Shown here one piece after another: positions 11,242 through 23,970 of a DNA stretch of 64,000 nt (positions within the stretch are counted from its first letter, which is position 1; every line of letters starts with the position of its first letter). Origin of the DNA: Mobula hypostoma (lineage: Eukaryota); contig NC_086109.1 in NCBI RefSeq assembly GCF_963921235.1, forward strand, positions 10,480,001 to 10,544,000, in the 5' to 3' direction. A program made the position numbers and the translations under genes. Under the pieces are notes generated by a model. The model saw only the letters and a list, made by a program, of their open reading frames with translations, made no database searches and had not been told where the DNA came from.

Positions 11242-13789
11242 TGAAAGGGAAGCCATAGGTTGATCATAGAGTAGATTAAAAAATCTGTTACTATAAAGAA
11301 AAATATATAATGTGTGTGTGTAGCTAAACAAATGTTTGGACTTTATGATTAATGTTTAAGCAAAATGGATATTGAAGGAACTTCATCCAATTTGAACTGA
11401 AGTGCAAGCAGCAATTATTTTTCTTGAACGCCCTTTCTCTAACTTGCTCCATCTGGATGTCTCTCTAATTTGGACAATTGCACTGATGTTAGCCAAGGTC
11501 CAAAATCTTGTGTGCATAAAATGACATTTCTAGATTTCTGCTGTCTCAATGTGGGTAGAATCTTGGCCTTTCATATGCTGTGAAGCAGTTATTCCAACCA
11601 AAAAATGCTACTCCAAAATTAGATATTTAGTGAAATTGATTTGAGTTTCATCAGCCAAGAAAGAGTATTTTCCACAGATAAATCATTAAGGAAAGAACAT
11701 CTCTTAATTATTAATGCTTCCCATGCTTAGATCAACGGTTTTCACGCACTTTGGATTAAGTCCACACGTGCACTCAGGAAAGTATACACCTGTTCCCACA
11801 CACCCCCATGAACACCTGACAAAATCATGGCTACCCTCCAAAGGAGTAGATGATATTCAGGGATCGCTGCAGTCTAATAACAAACCTACAGTTGGAATAG
11901 GTAAACTGCTGAAAGTATTTTATTTTTGTTTAACTTTGTTATATATCAAATCACCTTAATTTTTCAATCATTCTGTTTGTTCTTATTGAAAGAAATCTGG
12001 TACTCCATGTTGGGAATTATCATTTAAGATGAAATGTACACAGTAAATCAATAAATTAGTTAATATTTAAACTTAAAGGATCTGTAATCATGTCCTGCCA
12101 CAATCTTGGAACTCTATTATACAACATTACCCTTTATTAAGATAAAGAATATTGGGTAGTGTTGTTCAAATGTCCCATTTAATAGCTTGAGTGGTTTCTT
12201 ACATTTTTCATCACAGGTTATTCACCTTAATTCGTCTGCCTATGATAATCTTTCAATATTAAATTTGTATTTTTACATTTGCACCTTTTTCAATGTACTC
12301 GCTCATTTCTGATTAACGGGCATCACTTTCTTGCACATTAATTTCTATTTTAATTCCTCCATTCAAATGTGATTGAACTGCTCACCTGATCATGAAGATT
12401 GTTCAATTGGATTTCTGAAAAATACAAAAGTCCATGACAATAGAACCAGCTTCATTAGTAACCAGGCGTCATATGGAAACTTAACTATTTCAAATTTGTG
12501 ATATTTATTTTTCTACTCCGTTTTAGGTGTTGCCTTTTCGTCCTATCTCAAATAATTCTGCTCACGTTTTGACTTTATTCAATCACGTGATTGTGGTATT
12601 TTCCTGTGTTTATACTTATTTGCCACATGAAACTTCCATATCCTAAAAACAGTTTAACAGTTTTCTCTATCCAGCTCCTTGTTACTTTGATAACTGAAAG
12701 TGTACTTGGGTGCCCTTTTGTGCTCAAACATGTGATTCAAGTTCAGGGTTTCTTAGTGTTGGGTAAAAGTGCAAAAGTGGAAATAGGATGCCTCCAACTT
12801 TAACTTCAAATTTATTGTTATAGGCAGATATATGCAGGGTTTAAATGCCATGAAAACCTTGCATGTGGGATAGAATAAATAATGTTATTGAAAGACTGAG
12901 AGATAAGAAAAATATAGTCCAAACTGTCCTCAAATTTCAGATGGAAAAGAGATATCTTGTTCTTATTATGCTCCTTCTAGCTGCGGAGAAGTGCTGGTGG
13001 AAGCTTGAGTCAGCGAAACAGCAGGGATTCAGCCCCTTCAGCCAGTGACCGCATCCAGCAAGCTAGACCCAATTTCCTGTGTTTGCCCCATATCGCTCCT
13101 CGTTCCAACCCTCCGTGTACCTATCCAAGTAAAATTAAATTGTACCATTGTACCTCTGGCAGCTCGTTCCACATCCACACCACCCTCTGTGTGGGGGAAA
13201 ACTTGACCCTTGAGTCCTTTTTAAATCTTTTCCCCTCTCATCCTAAATCTCTGTCCCTCAGTTTTGAATTCCCCTACCCTGGGGAAATGACTTAAGCCCA
13301 CCTTATAATTTTAAACACTTCTATAAAGTTTCCCCTTATTCTCATTAGTAACTTTTCTATTGCCCATGGTGGGTTAAGACTGTAAAAGACATGTTGAGGT
13401 GAGTTTAACAGGTGTCATTCGTTCATTAGCATAGCTAACGTTATTTAAACTAGCTGGCCAGCTGCTAAGGAGCTACTCTATTGCAGACATCCCACCTCTC
13501 CCAGAAGATCCGGGAGTCTCCCGCAAATTGATGGTGCTACCTCCCTGAAATGAATTTTTGCAGGATGGGATGTCTGCACTCTGTTCCTATTACACTTGCT
13601 CATGCCCTACTATTCATGATATAAATCCTACACTGGTTTGACCTTCAAAGATTTACAAAGACTCCAACCATTCAGGAGCAGGCAGATGTGATATGGAAAC
13701 CTGAACAGAAATTATGATTTGCAGACTTTTAAAGATTTGACCAGCAGATGGTGCCACATTCATTGTACATCAGCATTGAATAGTCACAT

Positions 13790-14070
13790 AGATTTCCCCA
13801 AGGTTGGAGAATTCAGTACTAGAGGGCAGTGATAGAAGATGAGTGCAGAGAGGTTAAGAAACCTGAGGTAACTTTAACACAAGTGTATAAGCTGCCAGAG
13901 GAAGTGGTTTAAGTGGGTACAAATGCAACAATCAAGAGGCATTTGGATAAATCGATAGAGGGGTGGGGTTTGGAGGGTTATGAGCTGAACACAAGCGGCT
14001 TGGACAAGGAGGGTGCTATCGTTGCATAGACCAGTTGGACCGCAGGCTCTGTCTTTGTGCTGTATTACTC
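13790..14070 (+). mobile_element. CR1 3' end remnant
   Basis: cagtactagagggca ... agctgccagaggaagtgg ... gaggcatttggataa. Confidence 0.55.
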
Positions 14071-14456
14071 CAGCATAATACCATTAGCATAGGGAAAATG
14101 CCAACATTTAAAATGTTTTCCAGTGAAGTTGCTTGCCAATTTGCATTAAGATTTGCAGGCAGGGAAGGCTGCATTTTGGTTTTGACTTTTTGGTACTGAA
14201 TTTAACTTTATCCTATCTTTGCCAACCACAGAAGTACTTCTACCACAACACACTCAAGTCTTCGCTTTGGCCTTAAGTATTTTTTCTTTCCACCCATTAT
14301 AGTTATTTTATACATGAATTGTAGTTTATAGTATTATTTTAAAATGTAATTACTACTTTAACTTCCTAAAATGCAATTGTATATGGAATTAGTATTTTGA
14401 TAGAATTGTGCTTTTTGTTTGGCATTTTACCCTCCCCCCGCCCCCTTTCCAAATAG

Positions 14457-14578
14457 TGTGACTTATCAGAATGGGCAATCACAAGGAAAGAGATTGATGC
14501 CTTCAGTAAAGAGAACCATTTTGTTGGTTGGATTGAAACATCTGTGAAAGAAAACAAGAATGTTGCTCAAGCTATGAG
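14457..14578 (+). CDS. RAB29: RAB29 coding exon (122 bp): CDLSEWAITRKEIDAFSKENHFVGWIETSVKENKNVAQAM
   Basis: aatag acceptor, gtaagc donor; completes NKCD (G4) and contains ETSVK (G5). Confidence 0.95.
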
Positions 14579-14755
14579 GTAAGCTGCAGAACTGCTCTAT
14601 AAATAATTTTTCATTAAATTATGAAGATAATTGGCTAATTAGTTTCAAGAATTAACCCATGCAGTTTAAAATTCAAGTGCCTATGTAATTCAGCATGCTA
14701 TTGTATTGATGAGTGTGTTACTCTTTAACTTAATTCCACTTGTTTTGTTTTACAG

Positions 14756-14879
14756 TGTGTTAGTAGAGTGTTTGATGTCGAAGTCCTGTTTGGGAACTCC
14801 AACCCAAAGCCAAGGGGATTATATTGAACTTAAAAACGTGCCAACCAGTGAAAAGCCTTGGAGTTCAGGATGCTGTTGA
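14756..14879 (+). CDS. RAB29: RAB29 last coding exon: (S)VLVECLMSKSCLGTPTQSQGDYIELKNVPTSEKPWSSGCC*
   Basis: tacag acceptor; QGDYI.L motif and terminal CC geranylgeranylation signal; TGA at 14877-14879. Confidence 0.92.
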
Positions 14880-16934
14880 AATATTGATCCTCGGGACACC
14901 AAGGAAAATTGTACTACCTGTAAGACTTGTAAAGATTTAGATTTTTATGCCCAAAGGAGATCTGAACATGAAAGTTAACACCGACTAGTTGGTTAGTAGA
15001 TTCATTCTACTAAAAGTTCAGTTGAAGTTTTCCAACTGCCATCACTTCTGATGCAAAATTTGATTTAATACACGTTTGGCAGGCGTTAGCAGAGGCATTG
15101 ACTCGAGCAAGTAAAGTTTAAAAAACAACCTTCAGTATTGTACATTTATGAATTGAGTCTGTTGGGGGTTTCTATTGCATCAACTTCTGCCTTTGATTGA
15201 TCCAGGTTCAGGTGGAATAGAAATAAGCTATTCACTGGATTAGTTTCAATGTGATGAGCTGCTCACTTTATGCAAACTATATAATTGTGCCTATACCTCT
15301 GGACTTCTGTAAAAAGCAAATAACGATTCTGTACTCTACCCACTTCCTATTGTACATATTTATTATATTGTGTGCTACTAGACTTTAACATTGTTAAATA
15401 GGATAAGGTATTGCAGATATACATCCACAGGGGAAAGAACTTGATGAATCTTATGGGACATTGTAAGCTGCTTGATTAAATTTTTATTGCTAGTTTTTAC
15501 TACCACAGTATAATGAAGTAATAAATCATTTAATTGAGTCTTTTTTTTTCAACCAGCCAGTAGTGGTTAGTTTTTTTTTGTGATGAACATGGCAAAATCC
15601 CACACAGTGAGTCACTTCCAAACCTGTTTACTTTTTTTTATTAGATGTGTGTTTATCGCTGAACTTGCTTCATCTTTGTACAGTAAAAATCACGGGTGCT
15701 GCTTCAAACAAGAAGCATCTCAATCTAGAGGTGATAGCTTATTTTAATATAAATTACACTTTTTCACTTAATGTGATTAAATGTGCTTGTTATAATCTAT
15801 GGTACTTCATATGTACAAATAGTACTGAAATTTCTCTTAATTCCAAAGGATGGATATTGGGAATTTCAGAAAATCTGCAAAAATCTTAAATATTTCAGAA
15901 TCTGAATATTAAAACAAAATTCAGTGAATTCTAGATTTGGTATTTGTGAATCGGGGAAATCCAATACTGCTAATATTGTTCTTTTATTCTTTCCACTTTA
16001 GCACTCTTGAACAATTTTCTATTGAAATGGTCTTTGGGGATGACCTACAATGCAATATTTAAGAATTGTTTATTTTAATGTGTGATCTTTGAAGCATCTC
16101 CTTGAATGCACAAGTTATTCAGCCAAGATCTGTACAATTCAATGAACCTTTCTACTTTCTCCTTTCTCCTGATATTTCCCTATCCTTTTGGCAAAAGTAC
16201 AAAAAAAAATTGCACTTGTGCATTGTATTTTTACAGCATCAACAGAAATCTATAATTTTTTTTTGTTTTGAGCTTTGACATTAGGGAATTATTGTTGTAA
16301 TCAAAGGAGCATTTTAGACATTCTGTACAATTATTTGCAATTTCCTACTAAAATGTTGCTGCAGAATGAATATTTGGAGAAGGGTCAACTGTTATAGTGG
16401 GTATAACATGAAAATGATATGTGTGGTAAACGAAACTGATTTATCTGAAATAATAAATCTCTATATAAAATTGTTAGAATGCACTCAAACTGGTATTATA
16501 CAGAATACACACCAAAAGGGAAGCATACACATGCCTCTCTCACTTTTCATAATACATATTTTCATAATATAAATCTTTTGAGATTTTATTCTAGAGCATT
16601 GCAGTATTGATTCTGGTCACCTTGTATGATTTGATCATGAATTTACTTCGCATTCCTCATCCAGCTTTGTTAAACAGTAGATAAAAATTTTATTCAAGCT
16701 AACCCCTTTCTCATCATGTACTTTGTTACCATAAAGACTGATGCTAGAATTACAAAGTTATAGCACTGCTCAGGACTTTTGATGGCAATGATATCCTATT
16801 TATGAACACTGCTTGTATATATGACCAAAAATTTCACCATATTGTCTTCCTGAAATAGGCATTTAAAGCAAATCTCATGTCAAATATTTATAGCAATTTT
16901 ATTTTGTATGTGACAGATACATGTATGTTATAAA

Positions 16935-16940
16935 AATAAA
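16935..16940 (+). terminator. RAB29: Probable RAB29 polyadenylation signal (alternatives at 15520 and 16452)
   Basis: AATAAA preceded by TGTA motifs at the end of a ~2 kb AT-rich, repeat-poor 3'UTR-like tract. Confidence 0.5.
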
Positions 16941-17499
16941 GACATTTATTTTAAATACTCTAATTCAAATTGTTGAACTTGAATTTAAGGTGCAAAGTGT
17001 TAATGATTTTGGTTGAGTTTAATGATTTAATATACCATAATCAAACCAGGTATTCTTTTAAAAGGAAGTACAAAGTGCAAAAAGAATCCAAGTAAAACTT
17101 TCCCAAGAATGTTGGGTAAATTACTTTTTGCTGCATTTCAATCATTTATGTAGCAAAATTCCATGAGAGAATTATCAAGTACTCTTGGGTACAAAAGGAA
17201 GGTATTTTGAAAGTGAAATCTTGGTTTTGGGGTGTGAATTCAAGATCTTTGAGTCAAAAAGTTGTAATGTACATACCAGAAGCACAGTGCCTCAGTTTGG
17301 GAAAGTTCGCGGTCTTTAGAGTTGGAGGGATTTAGGCCCTGTGAGGATTTGTAGACAAAATGAAAAATTTTAAACTGAGGCATTGATTCTCCAGGAACCA
17401 ATGTTAGATCAGTTCCAAAGAAAACCAGCAATGGAAATTGGTGCACATTTTAATATTGATTCATCTCCATCTTGCGCACAGTGGCATGCAAGCCACAAT

Positions 17500-17790
17500 A
17501 CATGGTGTGGCACAATAATGTAGGGGGGTTTGGACACGATGCCAGTGATCACAGATCGGGGTTCCATTCCTGCTGCTGTCTGTAAGGAGTTTATACATTG
17601 TTCCTGTGACTGCACGAGTTTCCTCAGAGTGCTCCAGTTTCCTCCTCCTCTTCCAAAGATGTACAGTTAGGGTTGGTGAGTTGTGGCATATTATGTTGGT
17701 GTTGGGAGCGGATTGCCCGGTACAATCCTTGCTGGTTTGATTCGATGCAAAACTGTGCTTTTCACTAGATGTTCCACTGTACATATCAAA
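17500..17790 (+). mobile_element. V-SINE (HE1-like)
   Basis: gggttccattcc B-box-like, ctgtctgtaaggagttt...gtgctccagtttcctcc V-core. Confidence 0.65.
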
Positions 17791-18949
17791 AAGCTAATCT
17801 TTCTACTAACCAAACTGGTTTACAACACTGCCTATCTTGAAGACTGGTGTCAAACAAGACTTCCCATGATATTTCTTGCCTCGATGTTGCACTCATCTCT
17901 GATAAATCTCCTGGAGTGGAACAAAACTAATGGGGATCTTATCGTATCTGCTATGTAGTCAGTAGTTTGAGTACAAATGAACTGCAACAGTAAACAGAAA
18001 ACACATCCTTGCACATTTAGCTCGTAGCTGTCAATGTTCAGTGAAGGATGGGCCTTGAACCCAACATTTGCAGGACGCAGATCCTTTACTAACCTGTCTC
18101 TGTGCCACGTTGCTCTCCAATAATGTCTGTGAGAAATGTGAACAATGTTGACCACTTCCCATTATCCCAGGCAGACATCAATGATGAAATGTACCATTGA
18201 CATCAAAACCAAGCATAGCTTCTGATCAATTGAGAGAAAATACATGTGAAAGATGTGACCGCAGACCTGGCACATAACTTGTCTGCAGTGCAGCAGTGAT
18301 CTGCAGGGTATAATTTCACTTCTCCCATCGTTGAAACGTTTCCACAAACTATGGACTCACTTTCACGGCCTCTTCATCTAATGTTCTCTATTTATGGCTT
18401 CTATTATTATTATTATTTTTACTTTTTGTATTTGCATAGTTTGTTGTCTTTTGCTCACTGGTTGAATGCCCAAGTTGGTGTGGTCTTTCGTTGATTCTAT
18501 TATGGTTACTATTCTATTATGGATATGTTAAGTGTGCCAGCAAAATCATAGAACTTTGATCTCTGCCCCATGTGCTTGTGGGACTTGGGCTACCTGCAAT
18601 AGGCTCCTCAGGGCACTGGAGAAAAATGCTACCAATACTTCTACAGAATCTTCCAAATTGACTGGAAGGATAAACAAGCCAATATCAGTGATTTTTCCCA
18701 GGCTAAATCAGACCCTAGCCTCGCTAGTCGGGCTGACTATGCCTTTGGCATAGTCGACACAATATTCCTGAAACAGACACTTTATTGAGTTTTGCTGTGG
18801 GAAGAGATGAGCAAATGACAGGAAAGAATTCAAAGCTAGAAGCCTTGGGGAAATAACGCTATATCTGTAATGACTCCTGATCCAAGATAAATGATTTGGA
18901 GAAGGAACATCTGGATGGTGCTGACAACCTCGGATCTTTGAGGCAGGGG

Positions 18950-19052
18950 GACAGAAGAGCTCACACAAAATGCTGGAGGGATTCAGCTGTTTGGGCAGTA
19001 TCAATGGAGAGGAATAAATGTGATGTTTCAGGCAGAGATGCTTCAGGACTCT
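18950..19052 (-). mobile_element. Degenerate Penelope terminal-repeat fragment
   Basis: cacacaaaatgctggagg...gatgtttcaggcagagatgcttcaggact, homologous to 7365-7460. Confidence 0.55.
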
Positions 19053-19751
19053 CAATTAAGCTCTGCATAAGTGATGGAAGAGTGTACCACCTTTCAAACT
19101 ATACATCCAGTCTGGGGAAGAGACTGATTTCTACATTGACTTCGGCCAGCTCACAAACCATAGAACTGGAGTGGAAGCAAGTCAGCCTCAGTCTAAGGGA
19201 CTACTCAAAGAAGAGTTTTCCACCATGCATTGATGCAAGAATTGATCTGAAATGGGCCCTGGTTTCCTGTGGCAACATGCTCCTTTGTTATCAGACCCAG
19301 CTATCCAAGAAATACTTAAGCACTGGAGTCCTGTGACCATCCTGTTGCAAGTTTTGGCCACAGAACGTTTGACTTGGATACAAATTCACGTAGCCAGGCA
19401 TGCCTCCTTGGAAGCTGTACACTCACGATATGGCCTAATTAACTGCCCAATGAAATATGACTAGATAAGAACAGTGTGCATATGGATAAGAAAATAGCAA
19501 GTGAGTTTCCTAATAGTACCTTCAGTCAAATGCATTGCATATACTGCTAGCTATGGGTTTGGTGCTAATATCAATTATTAATCGAAAGCTAAGCAAAAGA
19601 TATCAAATGTTGGAGGACATTTATTTTTCAATTGCTTGGTGCACTGACAAGTTCCGCCCATACTTGCATATTTTTGAAGCCTGCTCGGTTAAGTTGCTGA
19701 AAGGCTGATAGTGCCCCTATCTACTATCAAAGCAGGTAAGGCTGTTTATGA

Positions 19752-19883
19752 GTAAACAACAGGAATTCTGCAGATGCTGAAAATTCAAGCAACATACATC
19801 AAAGTTGCTGGTGAACGCAGCAGGCCAAGCTATATATACCTATAGATGCTGCTTGGCCTGCTGCGTTCACCAGCAACTTTGAT
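19752..19883. mobile_element. Palindromic Penelope-derived miniature element
   Basis: Perfect 36-bp inverted repeat (19795-19830 / 19851-19886); 16-bp direct repeat gtaaggctgtttatga at 19736-19751 and 19884-19899. Confidence 0.85.
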
Positions 19884-21639
19884 GTAAGGCTGTTTATGAA
19901 TACACAGGGTATTAATTCCTCAAGGAGATTTCTGATCTGCTATTTTACATTATAATAATCCAATTTGTAAATTGAATCTCATATCCAGTTGATTCTGTCT
20001 GTGTCCTTCAAAACAACAAAACTGAATTTAGAACACTTTAATGCATTTTGCTACCTTAATTAAAATGCACTAGTATTTGCAGAAACCGCTATTTTGTGTG
20101 ACAGCCAAGAATGTTGTACCAATGGAATATTTAGCGTGGAGTTCAGAAATTTCAAAAATGAAAACATTACAATATAGAGTTAAAGTGAAAAAAGATCTAG
20201 TGCTTTCCTGGTGTAGATGATGAATAAACTCTTCTCAGGCTCCCAGCCGGGTACAGGTACGTATAGATTTTAATGGATGTTTTGATGACAAACTCCGTTG
20301 AAAGTAGTCAGTAATTTAACTTCTGGCATTACTCTATTCTGCCTCCATTCCGGTTTTTCATGCTAAAGTGGTAAATTAGGAACAGAAAATGGCCGAAAGT
20401 ATTAAGAATTTGATTTGCTTTGTTAACAGAAAGCTAATGTACTTTAGAGGGAATCATTGACAGAATTAGGAATTGTGCCACATAAGAATGTAACAGAACA
20501 GGAGAAACAATGTTTTGTTCTCATGTCTGAAGGAGTGACAAAGGAATGAAATATAGGGAGAATCAGCAGGAGAAGACTTGCGGCTGAAGGCATAGATTGG
20601 AGCATGATCTTTAAGAATGCTTGAGATCATAAGTGGAAGGTAAAATTCATACCAGTTTGAAGGAGCACTGAGTACAAAGCCCAGGCATGTTTTGAAAAGT
20701 GAGAATTTTAAAAGCAAGCCATTGCTTAACTTGGAGCCAGCACTGATTAAAAGACTCAACTGCCCGGGTATTAACCATCCAATTCATGAAATGTAGGATA
20801 AGGTAGCTTGAGCTGGCAGCAGTCTGAAACATCATCTCACTCTGTGGTTGCTGTCTGACCTACTGTGTCCTAAATAAAATGGAAAATATTGCAGATTTCT
20901 ATCATCGGCAGGTTTTAGCTTTCCTAGAAGAAGGGAGATCCATCAAATATTTGTAGTAACTCCACACTCTAAGGTTGCCCATCGCTCTTGATTTTGGCTG
21001 ACAGTCCAATTAAACACTTTTGAGTGCCAAATAACCTTGAGGGCTGAAAGGCCTGTACTGTTCAGTGTTCTAAGAGTTGGCCAGATTGCGTAATCTGATT
21101 GCAAAAGAGGGAATGGTTGTGCTTTTAATGTATTATTTGAACATTATCAATGAAATGGGACAATGCAAGACTTGTCACCTTGCTGCAGTGGAGAGGCTTG
21201 TGAGTGACAGAGATCCTGCGAGTGTTGCTATAAGGAGTTTAACCATCTGGTGCTTAGCCCTGGGTAGGGACTAGAGCCAACCAAGACATCAAAGGTGAAG
21301 CTGGAGGAAGACGATGACACCATTACAATGGTGGTGAAGGGATGCAGGGTCATCTTGTATTCCACGCCACTGGACCCTGACCAAGATCCGTCAAGGTCTG
21401 TACGACGGCTACCTGTGCATCATCCTCCCCATATCTTAAACAAAGTCACGCATTGGCGTTTCTCCATTAAGTCCTGTGGTGATCAGCAAGTGGTATAGTG
21501 AACCCCTCAAGAGAACAGCACATTCAACTTGAGTGACTGCTGCACCACCATCCATTGCTGAATACCACGTGGTATATAACCGTACTATGTTTGCTGCGAT
21601 AGTTGCAAGGTCGGAGTGGAGGTAAGGACACTTTAAATT

Positions 21640-22720
21640 TCAAGGCGCCTTCCCGGACTTTGCACCAAGATGGTGTAGGGTTTTGCCGCCAAATTCTCGT
21701 GACACCCCTCGGACCAGGATGGGGCGCAAAATTAATTTAATCTTGCCTGAGGTGAGCACCCAAGGGTAATTAGGTCACTGGCGAGTACTTTGGGTATTTA
21801 ATAAAAGCCATTGTATTAAATCCGTAAGGCGAATGTGTCGTTGCGAAACCGCAAATTTCTGCCGTGCAGCGATTCAGGTGCCGGTTTTGTCCTTTAGTCG
21901 GAATAGACGGGAGAAGAAGGTTAAACATTTGGCGTGATGCTTGCCGTTCCTTCGCCCGATATTCGGATCTCCGCTAACGGGCGGCGACGACGACAGCGCG
22001 ACGAATCTGCAGGGGAGAAACGCGGCGGGGAAGCCGCTCACCCCGCCCCCTCCGACTGTGCCAGGCCGAGCTGCAACCTAACGTGCTGACAGACTTGACG
22101 GACGGAGACGTCCGCCCATCGGTGTCCCGGTTGTTTTTCAAACGCACCAATCGTAGGACAATCTAGGCAGATCGTCCAATAACAGTGTAGAACTGCGCAG
22201 AGGTGGGCGGGCGCTGGTGGGCCAGCAGGGTAGGTTGCCCTGGAAGTATTTGGCTCTTTTATCTCCCGTGCCCGTTCCCACTTTTAAGGGGGTTCTGTCC
22301 AATTTACCCATTTTTTGTTTTAAAAGAGGTATCATCGGATTTGCCACGCCCACCGCGGATTTTTATCCCCCTGCTCGAACTATTTGTTTTGTTCCTTCCA
22401 GAAGATTATCTCAGACAAAACGCGGAGTTGGTCGTTTTTTCCCCCCGACCGTTTGCGTGCGTCGGAGCCTGAGGCCTACGTGTTTTCAGGGGATTTTATT
22501 CTGACGGGGGGGGGAGGGTAAAATAACCAGCCAGGAAAACGGAGGGGCTCGTCAGACTCTGGTGTCGTTCTCCGAAAGCCCCGCCGCCACCGCCGCCGAA
22601 GAGAGATGTCGAGGCCTGTCAGGTCGGTTTGCTGCGCGTTGAGTTTGTCTGCAGAGGCGGCGGCGGCCCGACCTCGTGTGGCGGGATCCTTTCCCTTCAC
22701 ACCCCCCACCCCGCCCCCTC
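21640..22720 (+). promoter_or_regulatory. NUCKS1: CpG-island promoter and 5'UTR of NUCKS1
   Basis: Sharp CpG enrichment against a CpG-depleted background; GC boxes (~22041, ~22205) and CCAAT boxes (~22147, ~22176, ~22299) upstream of the ATG at 22606. Confidence 0.85.
22606..22622 (+). CDS. NUCKS1: NUCKS1 coding exon 1 (17 bp): MSRPV(R)
   Basis: ATGTCGAGGCCTGTCAG|gtcggt; matches the NUCKS1 N-terminus MSRPVR. Confidence 0.9.
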
Positions 22721-23970
22721 CTCTTGCACAGCCTGCACCCCTGCCCTGCATTTCTCCACAACACAACGCCTCATGCACCCTACCACCCACCTGCACCCCA
22801 CTCCTTCGATCTTCCACTCTTTACATCCCAATGACACCACATGTAACGATCAAGCTGCACCCCAGCATTCTCCTCTTGCACATTCTACACCGCCAGCTGC
22901 ATTCCACCCCAACCTCCTGAACCTATACTCCCTTAATCTCCTACTTCTTGTACCCTACCTTCCTTCTGCACAACGTACACGCCCACTTTGCATTCCACCC
23001 CGATCTGTCCTCACACCCAGTACCTCCTGTACCCCACCACTCTCTATGTCCCTCCTCTGCTCCCACCAACTACCGATTGCAATTCCCAGCACCTCTCACA
23101 CCTCCAAGTCATCCCTGCCCCCCAACTTCTTCCAGTACAATCCACCCCTAGCTCCTCTTACGCCTTTCTGTACACTTCACCCTTTGCTGCCTTCACATCT
23201 ACCCTACTTCCTGCAAACATCACTCCATCTCCACACCCAACACCCCATCGTCCCCCTCTCTTGTGCACCTCCCAACCAATGACGCTGCACCCGTAGATCT
23301 GAAGCCCGCCTCTCGCACCCACTCCTTATCTGCAAAGCTATCTCTTCTCCCACTCCCCGCTTAGCTCATCTCTCACTCCCCACTATATCTTGCACTCCCC
23401 TTTCACTCATCTCCCACTCCCCACTATCCTCCATCTCCACCACCTGCACCCTGTCCCCTCGCAACTTGTCTCCTATGCTATTCTCCACCCACCCCCTCTA
23501 TTGCACGTCCTATCACCTGAGCCACCACTTACTGCATCTCTATTCTGCACTATTCTCCAGCACCAGCACTCCTTCCCCTACACTGCTTTTGCTTGCAACC
23601 TCCCTACCATATTTACTCACTCACCCCCACACCTTGCATCCTCTGTACTCACCTTTGCCCCCTCCACCCACTTTCTTGCTCCCCAGGTCACCCTGAACCA
23701 CCACTTGCCCTTTCTCCCAGTGACACATCCCCGTGGACCTCTCCATGTCCTCTCGTGTGGCGCTACCCACCTCCCTGGTATTCCACCCTCTTCATCATGA
23801 CCCCATTCTCCCTGTTGCCTCCAACCACTCAATCCATAGAGCCCTTCCCCCACCATTTGGCACACCCCCTTCCCCCCCAGTCCTTTACTGCCCCTCTTCC
23901 TTATTTCCCTGTTCTTGACCCCTCCCCCTCACCCCCACTGGGGCCCCTTCACATGCCGATGCACTTCCTT
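22690..23970. repeat. C-rich, G-poor low-complexity tract at the start of NUCKS1 intron 1
   Basis: About 1.3 kb dominated by C/T/A with recurring tgcacc, ccac and cctc words. Confidence 0.85.

Noticed and set aside
13370..13565. Possible DNA-transposon fragment or conserved element
   Set aside because: Looks compositionally foreign, but I could not verify a TIR, TSD or second copy
3613..14879. Calling the Rab RAB32 or RAB38
   Set aside because: FTSMTRLYYRDA, ETSVKEN, QGDYI.L and the multi-exon layout fit RAB29; RAB32/38 have FGNMTRVYY
20215..20300. Another hammerhead/Penelope end (ggatgttttgatgacaaactc)
   Set aside because: Too degenerate; no CUGANGA box could be found
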